A stretch of DNA of 64,000 nt, from assembly GCF_009914755.1 (NCBI RefSeq), contig NC_060935.1; one strand, given 5' to 3'. The first letter of the stretch is position 1. The number at the start of each line of letters is the position of its first letter. The notes below the pieces were generated by a model, which searched no databases, was not told the origin of the DNA, and saw only the letters and a list, made by a program, of their open reading frames with translations. Origin of the DNA: the human T2T-CHM13v2.0 reference genome, Homo sapiens. Positions 13,206 through 27,409 of the stretch are shown piece by piece. Position numbers and translations under genes: made by a program.

Positions 13206-13714
13206 AGAACAGAATAGAACAGAGCAGAAAACAGATTGAAAAGAGGTTATTGTATTTGAGTATCATTTTTTGCTGGCATAGCTTGCTTTTATAGTTGGTC
13301 AATTTGCTCAATTAGCAATCTTTTTTTATGGTCCTCGTCTCCACCTATTAAGAAGGCTTTATTCTTGCTCAGTGTTAACGCTTAAGAATGCCTAGGAATT
13401 GTTTCCAAGGAAACCCATCTATAGCCAGATGTTAATGGTATAAGCTCCTATGGCTACAGATAGGGTCTTGTTTCTTAGCAACTCACTCAAATCTTCTCAT
13501 TTTAATTAAAATCATACATTTCCTTAAAATGGAAAAAATTCTTTTCCTATTCGTAGCAAGGATATGGAAGGTGATTTATCCTTGTTCATGAAATTTGCCT
13601 CTGAAAAAAGGCTTTCGTGAATGTGAAGTGAAATCTAAAAACATCTCCTTACCTAAGGGTGCCCTCTTTGTCAAGTGCATAAATCAGTTACTACTTTCTC
13701 TTTTTAAATAAAAA

Positions 13715-13848
13715 TACATTTATTTATTTTTAGAGACAGAGTCTCATTATGTTGTCCAGGCTGAACACAAACTCCTGGGCTTCAAGTGATCCTTCCGCGA
13801 CAACCTTCTGAGTAGCTGAGGTTACAGTTACCCACCCCCACGCTTGGC
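13715..13848 (-). mobile_element. FLAM/FAM monomeric Alu
   Basis: Single arm 'tagagacagagtctcattatgttgtccaggctg...aagtgatcc...gagtagctgaggttaca'. Confidence 0.8.
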
Positions 13849-15208
13849 TCTCTATCACTGCTTTCTACTCAACTTCAACCACCCCAATCTGGGTCTCTGC
13901 CTTTGACATCCTCAGGTATAGTGTGTGACAGTTGAACACCATTTCCTCATCTAGCTAGCCCTTAGGTTTCTTATCAAGACTGACTTACGTAGGCACAGCA
14001 GATTCATAATGCCAGTACCACCTTTCTGGTGACCTGCACTTAAGGCAGACAGTACTGGCCTCTTTCCCACCAAGTATTCACAGGGCCGCATGGTCCTGTT
14101 CATTGCCCTGCTTTGGGCAGCCACGGTGCTGTGCTGGAGCTGCCCCGTGGGAGAAGCCTGTCATCCTGCCCTGGGTGAAAAGAAGTGAAAACATATACAT
14201 CATGATAAGCATAACAAGTTAAACAATTGCCAACATTGTGTATTTCCTGAAATGATCCACTGAGAAGGACAGACATCATTTCTCTGGTATTCGTGAAAAA
14301 AAGAAAGTATGTTCTAAATACAATAATGAGGAAACCTCAGGCAAACATGAACAGTCTACAAAATAACTTTAAAGTGGTCAAGGCCATGCATGACAGTAAA
14401 CACTGAAGAACTGAGCATAGAGATTGATGAAAATACCATATCATATCTCTACAACTTTTCTTTCTTCATGGAAATATTCCTGGATGGCAACATTTTTGTT
14501 ATCAGTTATTGGAGCCCTCCACACATTTGTTTCTTGGATTCTTGAGATTGTGAGATATGGACCTTGGGGATGCTGGGGATAGAGACCTGGGGACAGGACT
14601 GTCACCCTAAGAAAGGCCTGTGTGGGACACCTTGGGATCTCTGGACAGACAGAGGGTCCTGTTAGGACTTTGTCACTGTGGCAGAGGGAGCCAGGAGCCC
14701 TTCCATTGGATAGAAAGGTAGGCTGTGACTCAACCTCACCCACTGAGTCCTAAGTGCCAGTTTCCCTGGGTGACTTGAGCCAGTTGCTGCCAAGTCATGC
14801 AGCTAGTGTTCCCTGGGTGCCTTTCAAGTGGCAGCTGCTGTCCTAAGTGCTGGGGCTGCAGCTGTGAGCAGGACTAACAGTACCGTTCTTGGAAACTTCA
14901 AATCTAATGGCGAGGTCAGCATGCAGACAAAATGTAGAAAATTAGGGAGGTTCAGGCACTATGGGCATGCACACCAGGAGATTCCATCCTAATTTGGTGG
15001 GAGTCAAGGAAGGCATTCTGAAGGAAGTGGCAATGTCTACACTGAGATGTAAAGGTCGGATAAGGGTTCACCAAGTAATAGGAAGGAGGAGCTTCCTTGT
15101 CTGCAAAACAACAGGTTCGAGTGACAATGATCAAGCTCCCTTAGCTCTCAGTCTTTGTTGTGTGTTATACCACTCAATTCCGGGACACAAGGTGAGCAGA
15201 CGGACTAG

Positions 15209-15970
15209 TGACAAAGACTCTGTCTTTGACCAAACTCTAGCCAGGCTCCTTTGAGCTCTCTTCTCCACTAGGCCTCAACCTTGTTCTATACAGACTTGAA
15301 CAAACACTAACATCATTACTAACAGCTCAAAGTGCCTGCCGAAGAAAACTTAAGGCTGCCAAAAAAAATGTACTGTTTGTTTCAGCCAACATCTAAGGAC
15401 GGGGCCTCTGTCTTCCAATTTCTGTGGGAGGATGGAATCCTAACTTTGGTAATTGCCAGCTAGCAGACACGGCTGGCCTGATCACACATAAATAAAACAG
15501 ATGCGGTAAATAGGGTAGATGCAAATGCTCCCCAAATGAGTCATGAAGAAAAATAAGTATTGGCCTGGAAAAAAGGGAGAGGTGGAGAGAAGAGAAAGAA
15601 AGCAGTACACAAAGCCCCAGATCAAGAGGAAGATGGTGCATTGCGGAATCTGCAAGTACAGTAGAAGCTCTTCCACAGACCTTTGCTTAACTAACTGATT
15701 GTTCTTTGTGTTCTTCAACTGGTGCTCTTTATTCCCTGTAGAAACACACTGACTGACTTATCCTTCGTTGTAAGTTTTCGCTTCCCTAACTCCACTCAGC
15801 TCCTGCTCACCTCACTCCCCATTCTCTCATTCTTGCTTTAAAATGACCAATCAGCTCTTTATAAATTGGAGCTCAGTGCAGTTCCAGCTAGACTGTTTTC
15901 TCTGTTGGAATAGTTATTACTACTTAAAATCTGTCCTCACTTTAACTTGTGTCTGGCTTTATCTTTGACA
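15209..15970 (+). mobile_element. ERV1 solo LTR (MER67/MER31-like), interrupted by an insertion at about 15482-15750
   Basis: TG...CA ends ('tgacaaagactc...tttatctttgaca'); 4-bp TSD ctag at 15205-15208 and 15971-15974. Confidence 0.8.
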
Positions 15971-16293
15971 CTAGAGAGTAACCTACTAGCCCTGGGCCCA
16001 TCTGAGTGCTATGGGTATCAGTCAGTTTCTACAGGGAATAAAGAGTGCTGGTTGAAGAACGCAAAGGGCAATCAGTCAGTGAAGCAAAGCTCTTTGGAAG
16101 AGCTTCTATTGTACTTGCAGATTCCACAATGCACCATCCTTCCTCTTGGTGTGGGGCTTTATGTACTGTTTTCTTTGTCATCTTTTTCCACCTCTCCCTT
16201 TTTTTCCAGGCCAATACTTACTTTTCTTCTTGACTCCTGTAGGGAGTATTTACATCTACCCTATTTATCTCTATCTTGTGTTATTCTCTGTGA
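15482..16293. repeat. Long inverted repeat: arms 15482-15756 and 16018-16293, spacer about 260 bp
   Basis: 'ggaatctgcaagtacagtagaagctcttcca' vs 'tggaagagcttctattgtacttgcagattcc'; ORFs 15482..15718(-) and 15947..16306(+) share 'EELLLYLQIPQCTI'. Confidence 0.95.
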
Positions 16294-16999
16294 ATTTTTA
16301 TCCTAGACCTTTGTTCCTTTCGTGTCTTTCCTACCACCCCTGTGAAGATGGCTGAGCCACAGAATGAAAGGAGCATGGGTTCCCTCGTCTCTGCCTCCCA
16401 CTTTTACAAGAGCACACATTGCACTAAGTTGTTATTTTTGGTGACTTCCCTGCCCCTCCCATTATCATTTAAGCATCTTGCTGGCAGGGCCTGTGTGATA
16501 TACAACTTTGTTTTCTCAGCACAAAGCCCAGTGCCTGACACATAGTCGTTTTCCACTAAAGGTTTGAAGAATGACTTGACATCATTTAGAAACTATTATG
16601 CATATGGTCTAATCTCACAGTAGGTAGCAGATAAAAGATCACAGTCCGGTAATCAAAATAGCCTGAGATACTTATTTGCATTTCTCAAATGCAGTAAATA
16701 TAACCACATAGCCTAAAATCTCTCTCTTTTTCTAAGCTTTTATGCACTTAAGTTTTTTAATATCTGTTTTTCACAGACTTTAGCTTGGGGGAAAGAGTAT
16801 GGAGAATCACATATGGAAGGTTTTTATGGACCAGTTCTGGAAATGGCACAAATTAGTACTTACATTCCTCAAGCCAGAACTCAGGAGTTCCTCCATCTCC
16901 CAGTCACAAAGGAGGCTGGGAAATGTACTGTAACTGTATCTCAGGCAAAGTAAATTTCTGGGTCATGGGTCTATGCATTAGGAATAAATGCCTGGAGCC

Positions 17000-17560
17000 T
17001 CGACAAGTGTGATATGGATAGAAGGGATGGTGAATAAGCCCAGAGGGACAGGGAGTGTCAAAGGAGGGGGCAAGAGGGCAAATGACAGATGGAGGGGACA
17101 GGTAGCCTGGGCTCAGACTGTGAAGGACTAGAAGGGCATGCAAGCAACTTGGGATTCTCTCTCTCTCACACTAACAGAGAGCTCCTGATAGTTCTTACGC
17201 AAAGAAGTGACCTGGTCATGTCTCCTTTAGCACGATGACTCAAGCAGGAAGGTAGAGAAAGAAATGGAGAGAAAAACCTGAAAGGAGGAAAACTATTCAG
17301 GAAGTTGTGACAATGGTCATCACTATTCCCCTCCCACTCTTCCCCCAAAAAGCCTGAAGTAAAAGCTAGGACTATAGCCTGAGGATGAAGAGAAGAGGGC
17401 TGGCTGACACAGTCTACTGTTGAGTTGATGCTTAGGAGGAGGAGGGAGGAACCTAGGATGGTCTCAGGACTGGCCTGTGTGGCCTGGTAAGCGTGTGCTT
17501 TGTTGTGAATGCAGAGGGTGAGAGACAGCTCTGATTTATGTTTGGTGAAACATTGTTGAA
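17000..17560 (-). mobile_element. L2 fragment
   Basis: 'aagtgacctggtcatgtctcctttagcacgatgactc', 'attcaggaagttgtgacaatggtc' and 'ggatggtctcagg'. Confidence 0.55.
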
Positions 17561-18681
17561 GGAGAAGAGAGGAGGCCCCAAGCTTCTGAAGTATGTAAAA
17601 GCTTGCTAACTTGACTGAAGTTGTGAGTCTCCTAGATTCTGACGGAATCACAGTTCCCAAGTACTGTCATATTTCTTCTGTATGAAAATGATTGAGCAAG
17701 CTTGTGATGATATCTGAAAGTCTCCCTTTCACAGCATATGACCCCACATTGTTGAAAACCCCAGTTTAGAACCATCCAGTCCATGGTTGCATCATCTTTC
17801 AGGGTGAGCATATTGTGCAGGAAGTTGAAAAATTAGCCCCATCCTCCCTGAGGGAAAATCCTACCAGAATTAACAGTTGGGTAAATTGAGGAATAGTTGT
17901 GCAAGTTCCTCAGTGATCTTGTTGTGCTATCTAAATTTCTCCCATTTGCACACTCTCTGTGAACCAGGGCCTGTGTCCCCAGATCTCATTTTTGGTGAGA
18001 AATTTTGTCCACTGCTTGAATGTTTACATCTAACACCCCTAACTCAGAGATTAAATATCACTGTGCAAAAAGTTTTCATTAATCACTGCAGATATCATGT
18101 CATGGAAGGCAATGACAAAATCTGCAGACTCCTGGGCCTTTATTTGCCATCATCATCCTTTTTTTCCCCTGCCAAATGCAAACATTTATCTTCCTATGGC
18201 TAGACTGGAATGATTCCCTGGTACCCACAAATTCATCACTGGCTATCTCACAGACAAGTATATTTCTTACATGAGATTTATTTCCACCTCCAATATTTTT
18301 GCTCTTTATCTAAACTAAGAAAACAACATATTTACTGTACTTAACAGAAATCCTTTGAAAAAGTGGTGAGGTGAGAAAGAAATGAGAGGGAGCTTTCCGG
18401 ATTTTTAAAACTTGGTTTTGAACCTCTCTTACTTGGGCAAATTTCTTAACACCTCAAAGCCTCAGTTTGCTAATTAGGTTAGCTAATTTATAAATTAGAG
18501 TGGTTATGATAGTAGTAATAGCCCTGCCTACTCACCCCAAGGGATAGTTGGATCAACTGCAATAACATTTGGGAAGACATTTTATAAGTTGTAAAGTGCT
18601 GTATAAATGCCATGTATCAGAATTATTCAATGACATAGTACAAATTTTAGTCCTGAAGGCCAAATGTCTATCTTTTTCTAG

Positions 18682-18999
<318 letters not shown>

Positions 19000-20827
19000 T
19001 GACTTTCATGCATATCTTTTCTTCACTGACTTTAAATATTTATTGAGTACCTATTTTGATGACAGTTTTGTGCTAGAAACAGGATTGACAGTAGATATAA
19101 CAGACAATTGATGTCAGCTTTGAGATCAAAAACAGAGGCGAGAAAATGGCATTAACATCTCACTAGAAAATAAACATAGCTTGGTGTAGCGTATGTGGGA
19201 AGGAATGGTGTATGGTCGTAATTCCCACACTTGTTTGGACAGGAGACTCACCTGGGGAGCCCATGGAAAGTACAGATTCTAATTAAGTCAGTAGATTTGG
19301 GAATAGACTGAGAAACCTGTGTTTTGTTCTTGTTTTTCTTTTTTTTAGCAAGCTTTCTTGAAGAATTCTCAGACAGCCAACTGTATCAATTCCTTACTGG
19401 AACCACAGTTATAGAGCACGTGGATGTAGGAGTACAATGGAGAGTGCTCAGTGAGGGCCAAAACTACTGGGGAAGCTGGGGTTGGCTTCCTGGAGAAGGT
19501 GGGCCTTGAAGTGGGACAGGTAGGAAGGGTGACAGGAAGGGCGTGCACCCAAGACTCTCTTTTCACTTCCTTGACCTGGCTGACCCTAACTACACCTTCA
19601 GGGTGCAGCAACAATGCCACCTCCTCTGGTGAGGCTTTTTCAACCTCGTGAGTTAGGGCTGGGGGTATCTCTGGGATCCCACAACACCCTGTGCTTACTT
19701 ATCATATCACTACTCATTATGCCAATTTATAATTATCTGCTCTTTTACATGCCTTTGCTCTAAGCTATAGGAGAGGAGGGAAGTGTTTTGCCAATCCTTG
19801 GCACAATGTCTGGCACACAGTAGGCATTCAAAAATGTTTGTTGAGATAATGAGAGATGAGGGCATTCCAGGCAGGAAACAGCACAAGCCGAGATTAGGAA
19901 GTGGGATCGACTTTGCTGTGTTTGAGGGCATGGAAGCAGACTATTCAAGGATGGTCCAGTTGTAGAATAGAGAGGAATAAGGCTGGCTTTATTCCTTCAC
20001 CAAACACAGCTTGAGCACCTCCAATGCACCAGGCATTTGCTGATAGGAAAAAAACCATCCTCTCTCTCTAGTGAAGAAATAGATTTGTAAACAAAAAATT
20101 ATGGGCCAGCTCCTGTCAAGAAACAGCACGAGGGAAACAGTAGTGAACAGATCAGAGAGCCACAGCAACCCAGAGTGTGGATGTCGAACACTGCTGAGAA
20201 GTGTCAGGACAGGACACTTGAACCTGCTCCTGATGGAGGAGTAGGATTTCATCAGGCATCGAAAATGGGGAAAGGGCAGGCCTTACCATCTAAAGTCACA
20301 CTTGCATTTTGACTCCTCTGCCTGTGATCAATCAACCTTCAATGACAGGGAACTTGATACCCCCAAGGCAGCAGCCCATTCTGTTTTGGATGATTCAAAA
20401 TATTAGGGCTAAGGTTTGTCAGGCAGGCTGTGGTTGTGATATGGGGTATGTGTTGATGTATATGAGGCGGGTTCTGACCCAATACCCTCCACATTTGCAT
20501 GTGAACTCTGTCAACTTTCACTAGATTCTTGACCTTAGCCTTTGTGAAGGGCTATCTATCTTTCTCACCACTGTATACTGAAGGCGGGCCCATTGCCTCA
20601 CCAGAGCAGACACCCATAGAGATTTGGTGAATGTTCGAATAGATGCCAAGAAAGAAAGGCAGTGTTCCTGGATCTACTGCAACAGTAGCTGGATTGAAGC
20701 AGCCTTAAGTCATGAGCACTGAGGTTATGGTCCCACTTGTCCCCATTATCTATCTTAAAACTGCCCATTGCTTCATGCCTTGTTTTACCAGGATTGTGGG
20801 AGGATAGGTGCTGCAACACGGCAGAGA

Positions 20828-20921
20828 TTGGCCAGAGCCTCCCCTGGGTCAGTGAGCGTTTCATGGTAGCTCATTTGGCCAGAGCCTCCCCTGGGTCAGT
20901 GAGTGTTTCATGGTAGCTCAT
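20828..20921 (+). repeat. 47-bp tandem duplication, two copies, one mismatch
   Basis: ttggccagagcctcccctgggtcagtgag(c/t)gtttcatggtagctcat x2. Confidence 0.97.
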
Positions 20922-21559
20922 TCCAGGTCCTTATCTCTTTGTAGGTTGTGAAAGAACAATATCAAAGAAATAATCCTGTGTTCTATTTTTAACAGGTAGG
21001 GGATAGCTGAATAAGTAAATAGCTCTTGGAATTGAATGTATGTTCCAATGGGGAATTGTATACTATTGTGATTTCAAAAATAAAAACAGGAGATGGTGTT
21101 TCTGTCACCTGGGCTGGCAGTGGAAGGGGAAGTAAATTAGAAGACAGAAACCTGAGTTCTTTCAGGCTTATGCCTCACTTGATTAAAACACTTGGCCAAG
21201 TCAGGTCACCTCTCTGGAATTTAGATTACTCATTGAAAAGTGATGGAATTTATTTAGGTTCATAAAACTCTGAGTGCCTGGAAAGACATGGGGATTCACT
21301 GATGTGTTTTAAGAAGGGAAATGACATGGATCTTTCAAGCAACTGTGTGAGCTGTTCCAATGGAGTGTTTTTTTTTTTTTTTTTTTTTTTTTTATGCTGA
21401 GACAAGTAATACACTTGATCAATTCCTCTGGAATTGTTAATTGCAGGGTTTTTTTTTTTTTTTTTGTCTTTTACTTACATTTTTATGTTCCTATTTTGTT
21501 TTAAAAAAATCTTCTTTGGCTTAATTAAAAAATCCACTTTAGTATTTTTATCTGCCTCA

Positions 21560-23400
21560 TAGTCAAACTCACCAGGTATTCTACCAGTCTGTTTTTCTGT
21601 TTTTGTTTTTATTTTTCCTGGAAACCTTCTTTCTGGAATTGTCTTTCTGATACAGTCTGGACTGGTGGCTCTCCAGGACCCACTGCACAGCTGTCATCTT
21701 GGGACTTCCCTTTATCCCTTTCCTGTGTTAGCTCTCCTGTTTTCTAGACCCTATTTTAAAAAATTCTTGATGTATTTCCTCACTTTGGTGGAGAATAACA
21801 TGTGGTGGTTCCCAGAAAAGGAATTTAAGGAAAGCCTTTTTTTTTTAAAAGTTGCCTATATGAAAATGCATTTTCCACATACTTACACTTAAATGACAAC
21901 GTGTCTGGTTATGACTTTGGGTTAAAACCCTCAGAATTGGGAAAGCTTTGTTGCATTGATTTTTGGCTTCCAGTGTTGCCTTAAATAATACAATACTGAT
22001 TCTTAGTCTCTAGTATATCACTACTGTTTTTCTTTTTTGTGGGTTTTAGAGTCTTCTCTTTATCCCCAAAGTCCTCAAATGTGACAATAATAAGCCTTTT
22101 TCCATTAATTTTTCCAAGAAATGAGTGGTAACACTCAATTTAGAAACTCAGATCTTTTTGCTGTGGAAAATTTTCTAGTGTTATTTCTAATATAATTTCC
22201 TCCCACCTCTTTTTCTTTTACTGGTTCTATAATACTATACGTTGAATCTCCTGGATTGGTCTTCTAATTGCCTTTTCTTTTTTTTTTCGTATATTCCATC
22301 ACTTGGTCCACCTTCCAGAGACTATCCCCAACTTCCTCTTTCAACCATCCTATTGAATTTGTAGTTTCTGCTGTTGTACTTGTAATTGACTAGAGTTCGA
22401 TCTTTTTCTATAAATGTTTTGTTACAACAATTCTTTTATAAAATTGCACTTTATTCTTTACCTTGATATATGAGGATATCAATTATAGTTTTCTGAAATT
22501 TTTTTTTCTGTATTTTTCCTTTATTTTTTTCTGGGTTGTGTTACTTTAAAAAATGTTTATTTTGGTCTCTTTCATGTTGTAGACTTTACACAAATGTCTG
22601 GTGGTCCTTAGAAGTCTACTTATGATTAAGAATGGTATCCTAAACAGGTAATTGGAAGTCCTAAGTACCCATGGGAGGTGCATGCATTATGCTATGTATT
22701 AATTTGGTGGGAACCAGGCCTCTCTGTTGGGACACACTCAACTATCTGTGCCCATAAGGCATTTTAGCGGGTAGTTTAGTTTCTCGAGCAAACTGTTCTC
22801 TTGCCTGGAAGAACATACTGTCAAGTATTCCTGGAGCTGGTTTGATACAAGCAGAATGGGCAATCTCATATTTTGATATGTAAACTTTCACTTAATTTTC
22901 TTGTTTTCAGCATAGCCCTCTTTCATGATACCTACTAACCCCACATTAGCAGCTGCTCCATGTCAGTTTTTCACGTCATAATCCTCCAGTTTTTTCCTGA
23001 GTGGGAGAGGTAGTTGGCTTCAGGAATAGGGGTGGGACCTGGGATTACATTGCTTGCTACAGAGATTTTGATTAACCCCCCAACTCACACTCACCTGTGG
23101 TGGAAGCAGACCCCTCCATCTGCCAGCCTCTCCAGAGCTGTGCAGCATGAATGGGCTATCTCTTCTTGGCATGCTTTTCTGCAGTATCTGGTATTCAGCT
23201 TTCTCAGGCCCACGAATGCCTTCTTCTACTCTCTGTCTTCCAAAAATTTGTTGATCCCTATCTCTTGTTCTTGTCTCTTTCCCATTCATTGCCCTTGTAG
23301 ATTTATACTTTTGAATTCTTGTAACATCATTTTAAAAAGTTTTGGAGGAAGGGAACAGTGACAAACATATGGTTTCAAGCCATCATTTTAAACCAGAAGC
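21560..23400 (-). mobile_element. HAL1 (half-L1) or ancient L1 ORF1 region
   Basis: T-rich antisense ORF1; 'ccctcagaattgggaaagctttgttgcattga...ggcttccagtgttgc'; 5' end 'gccatcattttaaaccagaagc' resembles the reverse complement of GACTTCCGGTT..AAGATGGC. Confidence 0.7.
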
Positions 23401-24299
23401 CCAGATGGACATTTTATTAAAACAATTTTATCCTGTCATGCCTGAGATATTTTCAACTACATGTCACTTTACAACAATCTAAAATATGGTGCTAAAATAG
23501 AACTGTTTCCTTTGATAACTAAATTTCTCTCTCTGCAGATTTTACATTAAAAGGCAAATCTTGAATTTGAAATAGAGTTCCCGCTGATTTAATTTGAGGT
23601 GCTGAAACTTGGCCGATCCAAAAATATTTTCTGATTCTAGGAGTCTATTGCTACTCTATTTGACTGTGACTGGAAATCTTCTTTCACCCACAACATTTTG
23701 TTCATTTGAGATGGGCCAGCTCTTCACTGATCTGTACAATGTTGCCTCCTTTTTCCAGATGTTTGTTTTAATCCCATGGCCCATTCCAGATGACTTGGGA
23801 AGTCTGCCATACTCTGTAAGTGACTGCACACCAGAGTTTGGAAACAGAATGAAAAACAGCTCGAATTATCCATGTGTTCAGAGCACATGAGTTGGAGGTG
23901 GGCTTTAAATGCTAGACTCCAGGAAAGACTTAGCTGAATTGCAGAAGGCTAGAAGCAGAATTAGAACAACTATTAGAAGGTCATCTCCTCCAGCCCTGGC
24001 CTCACTGGATGAATTCCCTAAACAATGGACATTTGTGCTGTTTCCACTACTGTAGGGGTCTGTTTGTTTGAACATTTATTCTGATTGAACTTCATTCTGT
24101 AAATACTGAATGTGTACTGAATATTGGAATATAGATAAATAATGTATTCTTTCCCTGAAGAACCTCACAGTTTTCTGCCATCTTCATATAGACAAATTCA
24201 GTGTGATCTTTGTTTCAACAAAGGCCAAGCTTATCTAGAGGATCAAGAGAGACTTCTCTATGGAGGTTAAAGGAGGCTTCCCAGGGCCTGCCTCTTACT

Positions 24300-25890
24300 T
24301 ATAGCTTTGTCCTGTGACTCTTTGTTCCAGGCCTTGATGTAAAACAGAATCAAACTTTCTCACTCATTACAGCTCTCTAGATATTTATTTTATTTTATTT
24401 TATTTTCCTGTAACCCAGGACAGTGCTGATCTCCAGATATTTAAAGAAAACATTATGTCCTTGCTAAGTCTCTTCTTTTTTAGGCCACTCATCTCAGATC
24501 CTTTAACAACTCCTTATCTGTCATAGTTCAAGTTCCCCTAGCATCTTGGTATTCTCCATTGGCTATTCCCTCATTCACTGAAGCTGGTGCTTTCGGTGTG
24601 TTCTCTGTGGCATACAGGACTATTAATTTCCTTGATTTCTAAATACTACATTTTTATGAATGCAGCTTACCAGTGAGTTTAGAATTTTTGTTATCCAAAG
24701 TACAATATTGATTCCTGTTGAGCTTATAGGTCACAGACCTTTTCACTTATGAATTGCTATTGATTTCTGAAATTTAAGTATAGGAAATTACATTGGCATT
24801 TTCAAGGTCTATTTTGTTAGGCACATTTAGCCATTAATACCTATTTGCAACAATACTTTTTAACCCTGAATTGGTCTTCCATTATAGTGATTATCTTTCT
24901 AAACTTTAAAAAATATTAGATATTTGTTAGTATGAGAGTCAGTCAGGATAGGCTCCACTGTATTGAAAGATAATCAAGTCCTGGATCCTAGTGGTTAATA
25001 AAATCCAAAGGGTTGTTTCTTGCTTACGTCATATGTCCATTATGGATTGGCTGGGACTCTGCTTCTTGTCTCTTCCCTGCAGGGGTCAGGCCGAGTGAAA
25101 TCTTCACCTGCAATGTTGTTGGTAAACATGGCAGAAGGAAGAAGACTCTGGAAGGTCTTACACTAGCAATTAGATGCTCCAGGCTGGAAGTAACACATCA
25201 CTTTTTTTTGCTTAGCTGGAATTAGTTTCATGGCCTCACCAACCACATGGAGATCAGAAATTGCAATTCTATCAGGTGTTCAAGGATAGTTCATGAACAG
25301 GGCCAGTGACTATCACAGTGTGATCTTTATGTTTGTGACACAGTAATTAATAAAAATTATTGGCTAAGATAAGACTTAGTATTCCTTTAGTGTACTCCTA
25401 GAGACCTCCTTGAAATGGGTATGGACACATTAATCAGTACTCTGGGTATATTCTTTCAACAAGGTACAATTCCACTCAAGTGTACTATCATCTGGGCCAC
25501 ATTTCCTCTTCTTCACAGCACATTATGAGAGATAAAGGAAAAACCTTTGCTAAAGTTTGTCTGCAACAGGTTAGGTGACTTGGGGTGATGAAAAAGGCCT
25601 GATTTTTAAAAATCTGAGTTGTAGTCTTTGCCTTATCATTCTCTAGCTTTGTGAGCACTGGCAAATAAATATACCTCTCCGGCCTTTATAGCATTTTTTT
25701 AAAATTTACAAAATTAAGATAATTTTTAAAATTATAATTCCTCCTAGCTCAAAAATTCTAAGAAATCTTATCCTGCTTTTTTAAACCCAATAACTTTTCA
25801 TAAAATCAATAAGGTACTTCTGCCATGATTAAGTTTTAGGGAACCCTTGCAGGTACCAGTGATCATTCATTCTGCTTCTAGACTATCTCT
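24300..25890 (-). mobile_element. Degraded CR1/L3 LINE fragments with a nested MLT1 LTR (about 24935-25320)
   Basis: 'atatttaaagaaaacattatgtcc...agtctcttctttt' L3-like; 'gtcagtcaggataggct...ggctggaagtaacacatcactt' MLT1 antisense. Confidence 0.45.
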
Positions 25891-26084
25891 CCCAGATTAC
25901 AAAGGGGAGGGAAAAGACCAACACACAGGACTGGGTGGGCTTCTGAGGTGGGGTAAAAATGGAGGAAATCGTGGTTTTTGGTGTTGACAACACATAAAGG
26001 AAAGAAAAGGGAGTATTGCTTTTAGGAAGCACCACAAACTCCTCAGCAGTGAATATGAGCAAGGCATTCCAAGTATAGTAAATT

Positions 26085-26462
26085 GTATTACTGTTTCCAA
26101 TTATTTGCTATATTTCCTGTGAGAATGTTCCACTTCTGTGTCCCATCAGCATTAGGCTCGACTTTGTGATTTTCTTTGGGCAGCAAAATGTGGGTAGAAG
26201 GCATGTATGCTGAACAGAATCATTGAGAGATATCACATGTTTCTGTCATTGCTCCTTTCCCCACCACACAAGAATGACATGTCCCAGATAGATTTTCTCC
26301 TTCAATCTAGGCTCAAGAAAGAAGAAAACATATGGAGTAGAGCTATAGCCAACCTACTGCTGAAATGTAATATGATCAAGAAATGAACTTTTGTTAGAAG
26401 CCACTGGGATAGTGGGATTGTTTACTACTACTGCATTACCTAGTGAAAGGTGACTGGTACAC
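26085..26462 (+). mobile_element. Old MLT1 (MLT1I/J-like) LTR
   Basis: 'aaaatgtgggtagaagg', 'agaaatgaacttttgttagaagccactggga' and 'tgactggtaca'. Confidence 0.65.
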
Positions 26463-27409
26463 TAGGCTGGCCAAGAGGTGGGTGGAATTAGCCTTAGAAC
26501 CCAAGTTCAGGATTACTAGAAAGCTCTAAGAGAAGAGAAATTTTAATTAAGAAGTACACTAACTGGGGGGTCATTTGGTTTGTGGTGAAAGGGTTTTCTA
26601 AATAGTAAAAGAGCTATCTAATGATAAGACATTATTATTAAAACCCTATTAAATTTTAGGAAATTAATTCATTATTGGTTACAGAAATAGCAATGTCTGT
26701 GAACTAGCAAGACAAACACCAAATCAAGGAGGTGAAGAAGAAAGCAGATGTTAAAAAATGAAGGTATCCAGATGAAGGGCTTATAGGAGAATTCTTCTCT
26801 GAGATGAATAGTTTTGTTGATGTAGGTCTTTGTGTTGAGCTTTGAAGAGGTAGGATATCTTGATTCCAGAAAAAGTCCAAAGCAGTCTCTGGCTGCTTTA
26901 TCACAGAAAGTAATACTGAAATCTTGCTCTTAATAAATGGCCCTGTCATATAAAGAGTCTTTTTTAGTCACATAGGGAGAAGACAGACAGAGATGGGCCA
27001 TCCAGAATTCAAGCACCATCTCCCTGATTGATTGCAAACTACTCACTGACACAGTGGCAGAATTGGCCGATAGAGCAGGGGAGCAGGCTTTCTTTTTCTG
27101 ATAATAACACAAGATGATAAAATGTGTTCCGCCAAGTGTCTTGGTATTTCCCTTTATCAGAAAAAGAAATCCTTCACAGCTTTCATCACTCCTTTATCAC
27201 ATTTTTCTGTGTAATTGGAGCCACAGGGTTGGAGTACATTAATCTCCACTCTGTTAGGCAAGACTGGGTCCTCACCAATATCTGAGAGATGGAAAATAAC
27301 AGAAATCTCAAAACTGATGTTGGGAGAAATATTGTCTTAATGAATGTGTGTAGAAAGAAATAGAATGATCCAGGTTGGTAGAAAGGATTTGACACTTATC
27401 TAGAAAACA

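Noticed and set aside
15482-16306. Two ORFs sharing EELLLYLQIPQCTI, suggesting a paralogous gene pair
   Set aside because: By-product of the inverted duplication; non-ATG starts and frames diverge by indels
20828-20921. Repeat pair as a CRISPR-like array
   Set aside because: Two abutting copies with no spacers, in eukaryotic DNA
26460-27400. Stretch that may be another ancient LINE fossil or conserved element
   Set aside because: I could not match any motif with confidence; it needs an HMM search
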